From Halobacteroidaceae bacterium (GTDB lineage: Bacteria; Bacillota; Halanaerobiia; B1SED10-174), in the NCBI GenBank assembly GCA_003554585.1, contig PWGV01000183.1:8574-72573 (forward strand): a stretch of DNA of 64,000 nucleotides, read 5' to 3'. The notes under the pieces were generated by a model. It did not search any database. It saw nothing but the letters and a program-made list of their open reading frames with translations, and was not told the DNA's origin. Shown piece after piece: positions 58,176 to 64,000 of the stretch. The translations under genes and the position numbers were made by a program. Position 1 is the stretch's first letter, and the number at the start of each line of letters is the position of its first letter.

Positions 58176-59084
58176 TTATTCAACCCTTTCTTCCATTATC
58201 CCCCTCAGTATTCCAGGGAAGTCAGTAATAATTCCGTGGACTCCTGCTTCCAAAAACCGCTCCATTCTGTCAGGCTCATTTATGGTCCAGAGGAAGATGG
58301 GGTAACCCCCGGCTCTTGATCCCGCCAAAAAGGGGGCGGTGAGAATAGGGAAGCGATTTAGCCGGGGAGGGACAAAAAGGCCTTCAAAATCCCAGTTCAT
58401 TAGCCAGGCAAGTCCCAAATGGGCAGAATAGAAAAAACGGCGGATTTCTTTCCAGGAAGCAGCCGTTGGAACCTCAGGCATAATGCGGCGAAAATGCTCA
58501 ATTGTATGGCTGTTCATGGTTCCAACAAAGACCCGGTTTTCTGCATTGGCTTCTTCAATAACCCGGGCGACAATTTCTGCGCTCGCAATCCCCGGCCGCT
58601 TTATTTCTATCATTACGGGGATGTCGGGGAAGGTTTCCAGTACTTCATCCAGCATGGGAACCTTTATCCCAATTCCCCGGAAAGGATAATATCCTTCCGG
58701 AGTTGAAAAATCGTAGCCGGCGTCCAGATCCTGGATTTCTTCCCGGGTAAAAGAAGAGACAAATCCTTCCCCGTCAGTGGTTCGATCAACAGTCCTGTCG
58801 TGAATTACTGCTGGATGAAAATCTTCGGTAAGCCAGATATCAAGTTCCAGGATATTCGCTCCTTTTTCTATAGCCCGGGAGAAGGCCTTCAGGGTATTCT
58901 CGGGATAGTTTCCAGAAGCTCCTCTGTGAGCTATGTTTAAGGGGGGATCGAAAAGGGAAAAAATCTCCAGATCAGTGTAGGGGTCTGGAAAGTAAACGCT
59001 TTTTGCCATCTGAAACGTGTTGATTAGAACCAAAATCCCAACTATGGTAATAATGGTTTTAAAGGTATTGCCGAACCTCCGCAA
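58176..59084 (-). CDS. Glycerophosphodiester phosphodiesterase (membrane-anchored)
   Basis: IAHRGASGNYPENT. N-terminal TM helix. TTG start after GAGGAGGG. Confidence 0.85.
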   Translation of the reverse strand: MRRFGNTFKTIITIVGILVLINTFQMAKSVYFPDPYTDLEIFSLFDPPLNIAHRGASGNYPENTLKAFSRAIEKGANILELDIWLTEDFHPAVIHDRTVDRTTDGEGFVSSFTREEIQDLDAGYDFSTPEGYYPFRGIGIKVPMLDEVLETFPDIPVMIEIKRPGIASAEIVARVIEEANAENRVFVGTMNSHTIEHFRRIMPEVPTAASWKEIRRFFYSAHLGLAWLMNWDFEGLFVPPRLNRFPILTAPFLAGSRAGGYPIFLWTINEPDRMERFLEAGVHGIITDFPGILRGIMEERVE

Positions 59085-59231
59085 AATTTTTCCCTCCTCA
59101 AAAAATCGCTGTAAATATTTTCTACAAAAGAAACTGGATTCCTATTTTGCAGGATATAATGTGATAAAAAAGAAGGACAATAATAGAATTAATTGAATAA
59201 AAAATTTATAGAAAAACAAGGAGGGGATACG

Positions 59232-59687
59232 TTGGAATATTTCCGTAATGTTGACGAAATCCTTGATTTTGCAATTAAGGAAGAAGAAAAGGCCCGAGAT
59301 TTTTACCTTTACCTCGCGAAAAGAGTTGAACGGCCAGCAATGCAAGAATCTCTTAAAGAATTTGCTGGAGAAGAAGAAAAACACAAGGAAAGATTGCTGG
59401 AGGTCAAGGAAGGAAAAAGATCAGCAAAAAAAGCTGAAGAAGTTCCTGATATGAAAATGAGCGATTACCTGGTTGATGTTACTCCGAAAAAAGACATGGA
59501 TTATGGCGATGCCCTGATTCTGGCAATGAAAAGGGAAAAAGCCGCCTACCGTCTCTATACCAGGCTTGCCGAAGTGGTTGATGATGAAAACCTGAGTCAG
59601 GTTTTCAAAAGCCTTGCTTCAGAGGAAGCGAAACATAAAATGGCTTTTGAAATTGAATACGATGAACAATATATGGCAGAAAATTAA
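59232..59687 (+). CDS. Ferritin-like / rubrerythrin-family diiron protein
   Basis: Two ExxH motifs (EEEKHKERL, EEAKHKMAF). AAGGAGGGG SD 5 nt before TTG at 59232 (the ORF opens at 59193). Confidence 0.7.
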   Translation: MEYFRNVDEILDFAIKEEEKARDFYLYLAKRVERPAMQESLKEFAGEEEKHKERLLEVKEGKRSAKKAEEVPDMKMSDYLVDVTPKKDMDYGDALILAMKREKAAYRLYTRLAEVVDDENLSQVFKSLASEEAKHKMAFEIEYDEQYMAEN

Positions 59688-59697
59688 AAGAAGTTTA

Positions 59698-59729
59698 CAA
59701 AGCCCCGATTTATCGGGGCTTTGTTTTTT
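59698..59729 (+). terminator. Rho-independent terminator
   Basis: CAAAGCCCCGAT-TTAT-CGGGGCTTTG followed by TTTTTT. Confidence 0.8.
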
Positions 59730-60158
59730 GAGTAAAACCTTTTTTGGTAAAATAACCCAATTGGGTAATGGAGAAAGTGAAATTTAAAAAAGGAATTAGG
59801 CGGCTTAAGATTAAATAATAATATAAACCTTCTTAATGAAGAATATTTTTGAGCAAAGAAATTTTACCCAGCCAGATTTTTAGCCATAGTTCCATTTTTA
59901 ACAGGTGAACTTTCTAATAAGCATTTTTGCTTTTTTGTTTAAATGGAAAGTATTTCCGTAAAAAAAAGTTTAAAAAGTGAATCCTAAAAATATAAACACA
60001 AAAATTATTTTTTGAGGTGCAAAAAGACCGATTACAAAATATTTAGTAGCCCAATTACTTGATTTTTATTGGCTGCGTGGGGGAGTTTTTGGTCATTAAT
60101 TGCATCTTTTTATATTGTCAGAGCTACGGATAATCTAAAGGATTGGGGTGGAAGAGCT

Positions 60159-61370
60159 TTGGGTGGGCAGGAACAAAAACAATTAAAAATCTTTACCCTT
60201 GGCAAGTTTCAGGTTTTTACAGGGGAAGAAAACCTGACAAAAAAATATCCCAAAAGCAGGAGACCCTGGCTTTTATTTCAGTTTCTATTAACCAATGCTG
60301 GGCAATCATTGTCTTCAGAAATTGTTGTTGGAACTCTCTGGCCGGCCACCAATTATGAAAATCCGCAGCATTCATTACGAAATCTTGTATACCGGTTACG
60401 TCAAATGTTGAAGGATGAAGGAAACGGAGATAGGTACATAATTCAAACCCAGGGTAATTATTCCTTTAATACCCGGTCTAATTACTGGTGTGATTTTGAA
60501 GAACTGGAGAAACTTTTAGAACGTGCTTTTTCTTTAAAGGATAAGGATCCCCAAAAAATAAAGTTACTCGAAAAAGCATATCAACTTTACGGTGGGGAGT
60601 TTCTTCCCTCCAGACCCTACGAGGAATGGACAGTGAACCTTCGGCTTTACTGCCAGAGGATTTTTCTTAAGGTAGTAGTTGAACTAAACCGCCTCTACGA
60701 GGAAAAGAACCAGTGGAAAAAAACAATAGCCCTGTGTGAAAAAGCCCTTGAATTTGAACCTTTTGAAGAAAATCTTCACTGGAGTTATGTGCAGTCTCTG
60801 ATAAAAACTGATCAGAAGGCCCGAGCAAAAAACCACTACCATCAGACCCACGCTCTTTTTCAAAAAGAGTTGGGTGTTAGTCTGGGGTTTGATATTGATG
60901 AGATGATTAATAAACATAATAACTTTGAGCCGAAAAATTCATCTTCAACATGGGGCGATTTCCAGGAAATTTTAGAGGAAAAAGAAGAGGATAAAGGGGC
61001 ATTCATTTGCGATGGCGAAAATTTCAGGATGATATACCAGCTTGAAGAAAGGCGAGCGGAGAGAAACATAAGAAAATCAAGCCTTGCTTCCTTACAACTA
61101 ATTGCCCCTAAGGGGAAGAAATTACCAGAAGCAGAATTGGATGAAAAAAGCCGGATATTGCAGGGGACTCTTTTGAATTGTCTGAGAAGGGGTGATGTTA
61201 TCTTTCCCAATAAGCCGGGCGAATTTCTCCTTTTACTGGTTGATGTTCCTCCGGATAAGGTTGATAAAGTTTTAAACAGGATAGCCTCCAAATATTACGA
61301 GAATAGTCCAGATGATGAAGTGAGAATTAATGTAAGGCATCGCCCGTTATTACAAGGAGGAACAATTTAA
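60159..61370 (+). CDS. SARP-like (wHTH+BTAD) regulator with degenerate GGDEF domain retaining RxxD (paralog copy 2, intact)
   Basis: LKIFTLGKFQV..LRNLVYRLRQML (wHTH). YQLYGGEFLP..W (BTAD). C-terminal RRGD-VIFPN-KPGEFLLLLV. The ORF opens at 60069, but by comparison with the paralogs the probable start is TTG 60159 after GGTGGAAG. Confidence 0.75.
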   Translation: MGGQEQKQLKIFTLGKFQVFTGEENLTKKYPKSRRPWLLFQFLLTNAGQSLSSEIVVGTLWPATNYENPQHSLRNLVYRLRQMLKDEGNGDRYIIQTQGNYSFNTRSNYWCDFEELEKLLERAFSLKDKDPQKIKLLEKAYQLYGGEFLPSRPYEEWTVNLRLYCQRIFLKVVVELNRLYEEKNQWKKTIALCEKALEFEPFEENLHWSYVQSLIKTDQKARAKNHYHQTHALFQKELGVSLGFDIDEMINKHNNFEPKNSSSTWGDFQEILEEKEEDKGAFICDGENFRMIYQLEERRAERNIRKSSLASLQLIAPKGKKLPEAELDEKSRILQGTLLNCLRRGDVIFPNKPGEFLLLLVDVPPDKVDKVLNRIASKYYENSPDDEVRINVRHRPLLQGGTI

Positions 61371-61380
61371 TTTAAAATTA

Positions 61381-61405
61381 GCACCCAAGTGGTGCTTTTT
61401 TTTTG
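61381..61405 (+). terminator. Rho-independent terminator
   Basis: AGCACC-CAAG-TGGTGCT followed by T9. Confidence 0.75.
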
Positions 61406-61495
61406 TTTTTTTTTAAAAAATTTAATTCCTATAAAACCTTTAATAATAAGTTTTTTGGGGTTTTCTGGGAAAATTTTAATTCTAATGAGATTTTC

Positions 61496-61540
61496 TTGTG
61501 ACCAAAACGGGATTGTTTTGTGACACTAAAGAGTTAGAAT
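61496..61540 (+). promoter_or_regulatory. Direct heptamer repeats TTGTGAC-N15-TTGTGAC followed 10 nt later by a -10-like TAGAAT
   Basis: Exact repeats at 61496-61502 and 61518-61524 (22-bp period). TAGAAT at 61535-61540. About 40 nt upstream of the small gene. Confidence 0.45.
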
Positions 61541-61579
61541 GAAGAAAACCGGTAAAAGCCGGGGCTGCGGGGGATTTAA

Positions 61580-61843
61580 ATGAGAAAGGAAGGAAAAATC
61601 TGCCACTTAATACCTCCAGGAGGAGCTTCCTTTATTGTGAGGATCCTGAATTGCCAGCAGAATAACTGGAAAGGGGAAATCAGATGGCTGGACGGAAAGG
61701 GTAATGTCTACTTCAGGAGTTTACTAGAGATGGTAATGCTTATCCAGGAAGCTCTTGAAAAACAGGACTTGCATTCTGAGGTGGATGATTTCCGTTCCTG
61801 GACTGAAATTGAAGAGATCACCGAGGGGAAAGAGAGAAATTAA
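61580..61843 (+). CDS. Small conserved cytoplasmic protein (WKGEIRW...FRSLLEMVMLIQEALEK)
   Basis: 87 aa. GCGGGGGA SD. Paralog of 30711-31001. Confidence 0.7.
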   Translation: MRKEGKICHLIPPGGASFIVRILNCQQNNWKGEIRWLDGKGNVYFRSLLEMVMLIQEALEKQDLHSEVDDFRSWTEIEEITEGKERN

Positions 61844-62130
61844 GGTCAGATTTTATCCCGATGTGATCGTTTTTAAAAGGTGGAAAAAACCGAAAAAATA
61901 CAGTTTTTTTAGGGGCTAATTCGTGAACTGCATATTTGGTGAATTATAAGCTGTCAAAGGTTTAAATCCCAAGTTAAATTGAGAGGGAGAGAAAAATGGC
62001 CAGTTTTTCCAGGGAACTAAAAAAATAAAACTATCAGCGGAGAAACCAAAAAAGATAATTGAGATTCTTTCCTCGCATAGTGGAAAGGACCCGCTTCCCA
62101 AGCGGGTCCTTGTGGTTGTAAATTGATTTT

Positions 62131-63420
62131 TTAGGAGTATTGTTCCCGGTATATGTGGTCAATTCCCAAGTTTTTTAAATATGAGCGGGGGACCATTGCA
62201 GTTACCTGCACCACTCCGGGAAGCCGGCTGATGGAAATTGAACCAGCAATGGTAACCCTGTTTTTAACTTCATCAAGGGGCATATTTAAAAGTGGTGCAA
62301 TTCTTTCCAGCCCATTTTCGACTGCTTCATTTAGGTTTGCACCACTACCAAAAGACTGAAAGGGGAAAACTTCTTCCTCTAGTGGTGTTTTGAATTTTTC
62401 GCCCAGACTTCGGGCTGCTTCTTTTAAGCCACTGTCGTGAGGTTGAGCTAGGAAGGGAAGGTCTTCTTTTTTAGGTAGAAGGATTGGCCCAGCAAGGTTC
62501 AGTCCTTTTATGACCTCAACTTCTAATTCAACTTCAGCGCTTACGTCAGTAGTATGACCAGCTATTTCTCCATCTCCCTGCATTGCGTGCACGTCTCCAA
62601 TATATATTCCTGCTCCAGGGACTTTAACAGGAACTAAAAGGATTGACCCTTCGCGGACTTCATCCGAATCCATATGCCCGTCAGTTCGCTGGGAGAGCTC
62701 TTCTTTTTTTAAGGTGTAATCATGGGGAGCATCAATAAGGAACTGGGCAAAATCTCCTGCATTGTGGGAAGAAGGGAAGGGAACGGAAGGACAGCTCCCA
62801 ATATTTCCAATCATAGGCCTTATTCTGGTAACTACTCCAGGAAGATCTGCCCTTGCCCAGAGGTTAATAGGGTATTGTTTAGATGCAGGGGGAAGGGAGG
62901 CCATCTCCCTGGCTTTTTTTGCGACTTCTTTACTTCCTTCAGTATTTAAAGTAATAGCAGTGTTTGTTTTCTGGTCAAATACCATTGTATAACCTGAGCC
63001 GAAGCCAAAGGGAGTTACGGGATTCCCACATTCCTTACACCTAATACTTTCCTCTCCTGTCCCAGTTACTTCGCATTCTGGATTGGTGATGTTACAAACC
63101 GGACAGCGGGCTGCAACAAATGGGTCACCGTTGAAATAACCTTCTTTGGGCTGGTCAGTTCCGGACACAGTTGCCTGGGAGAGGATTTTCACTTTTTTGA
63201 TTTTTAAAGCAACTGCATCACCGATTTCTGCACCTTCAACTTCCACGGGTTTTGTTACCTCATGTCCGCTTGGTCCCTCGGGTGTAATCATGGGACCCCA
63301 ACATCCCGGAGAGGTATGAGCAATAATTTTCCCTCCGTTTGCTACGGGTCCAAGCGTTTTTTCCTTTGGATCCAGCACCCAAACCATTTCTTCGGTCCTG
63401 ACAACTTTTTCGGCCATCAA
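62131..63420 (-). CDS. Acetamidase/formamidase family protein with inserted Cys4 ribbon
   Basis: 429 aa. GDVHAMQGDGEIAGHTTDVS is typical of FmdA/AmdA. CPVC..CKEC insertion. Confidence 0.75.
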   Translation of the reverse strand: MMAEKVVRTEEMVWVLDPKEKTLGPVANGGKIIAHTSPGCWGPMITPEGPSGHEVTKPVEVEGAEIGDAVALKIKKVKILSQATVSGTDQPKEGYFNGDPFVAARCPVCNITNPECEVTGTGEESIRCKECGNPVTPFGFGSGYTMVFDQKTNTAITLNTEGSKEVAKKAREMASLPPASKQYPINLWARADLPGVVTRIRPMIGNIGSCPSVPFPSSHNAGDFAQFLIDAPHDYTLKKEELSQRTDGHMDSDEVREGSILLVPVKVPGAGIYIGDVHAMQGDGEIAGHTTDVSAEVELEVEVIKGLNLAGPILLPKKEDLPFLAQPHDSGLKEAARSLGEKFKTPLEEEVFPFQSFGSGANLNEAVENGLERIAPLLNMPLDEVKNRVTIAGSISISRLPGVVQVTAMVPRSYLKNLGIDHIYREQYS

Positions 63421-63857
63421 AAGAACCCCCTTTCAAGAAATAAAATAAATCAAATCCTAAAGATTAATAAATAGTCGGTCTTTTTGTTTGCCTGTTAATT
63501 CTAATTACAATATTCTTGCTTATTAACTCGATACCTTCCAAAAATATTTGCTGGGATAGTTTGGCTGGGGATTAAGACTTTGGAAAAACGGAATTCATTG
63601 GGAAAAAACGCGAAATAAAATCTATTTACTTGTTTTTACCTGATTTTTTTAGTTTTTTAAAATTAAAAAGAAAAAGTGTGAGCCAAATTACAAAAAAATA
63701 ATTTAACATATCATATTATTAAAAAATGAAAATAATTTATGGGGAAATATACTGGGTCTGGGGTTGGTTGGATTAAAGTATATTTTTTGGTGACTCCAAA
63801 ATTTGTTTGGCAAGGTTGGGGCAGAATTTGAAATTATTCTGAAGGTGGTGTTTGGCT

Positions 63858-64000
63858 ATGGGTATAGATAAAAAAACGCTTCAGATATCAACCCTTGGCC
63901 GTTTTGAGGTAAAAAGAGGAGGACAAAAAATTTCCCCCAAAGACCAGCGACTTGGCAAACGCTGGCGTCTTTTCCAAGTACTTATTACCTTCAAGGGACA
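63858..64000 (+). CDS. SARP-like regulator paralog copy 3 (5' partial, runs off the window)
   Basis: MGIDKKTLQISTLGRFEVKRGGQKISPKDQRLGKRWRLFQVLITFKG closely matches the N-terminus of copy 1. GGTGGTG SD. Confidence 0.7.
   Translation, partial: MGIDKKTLQISTLGRFEVKRGGQKISPKDQRLGKRWRLFQVLITFKG

Overview
The window is a moderately AT-rich bacterial chromosomal segment. Gene starts are mostly GGAGG/GGTGG Shine-Dalgarno sites followed by ATG, GTG or TTG. I cannot assign a taxon from the sequence alone; the gene content looks like an anaerobic Firmicutes- or Atribacterota-type organism. Ordinary content: two Dpp/Opp-type peptide ABC loci, one complete (39394-44730) and one lacking ATPases but carrying an embedded C45 Ntn-hydrolase (20130-24583); a WalK/ResE-like two-component pair; a MalT-like STAND/LuxR regulator; pepF, thrC and an S8 protease; a GGDEF cyclase; and various hydrolases and methyltransferases. 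An 11-gene minus-strand amino-sugar operon spans 46706-55514 (GntR, mannose-family PTS IIC/IID/IIA/IIB, ceramidase-like amidase, nagA, three tandem UPF0309 SIS paralogs, deoC) and has a DasR/NagR-type dre operator. Most notable findings: (1) A module recurs three times. It consists of a SARP-like (wHTH+BTAD) regulator whose C-terminus is a degenerate GGDEF domain that keeps the RxxD I-site, followed by small conserved cytoplasmic proteins with the motif WQGEIxW...FRSxLEMVMLIQEALEK. One copy sits in front of a secreted protein and a roughly 785-aa beta-barrel, usher-like gene that is broken by an IS481-family insertion and by frameshifts. (2) A stand-alone trpB is preceded by a consensus promoter, a 26-codon leader ORF containing W-S-W, and an intrinsic terminator, which looks like classical ribosome-mediated Trp attenuation. 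(3) Frameshifted or nonsense-containing genes are unusually frequent. Many lesions lie in homopolymer runs, so real decay and assembly error need to be told apart. No rRNA, tRNA or CRISPR array was seen.
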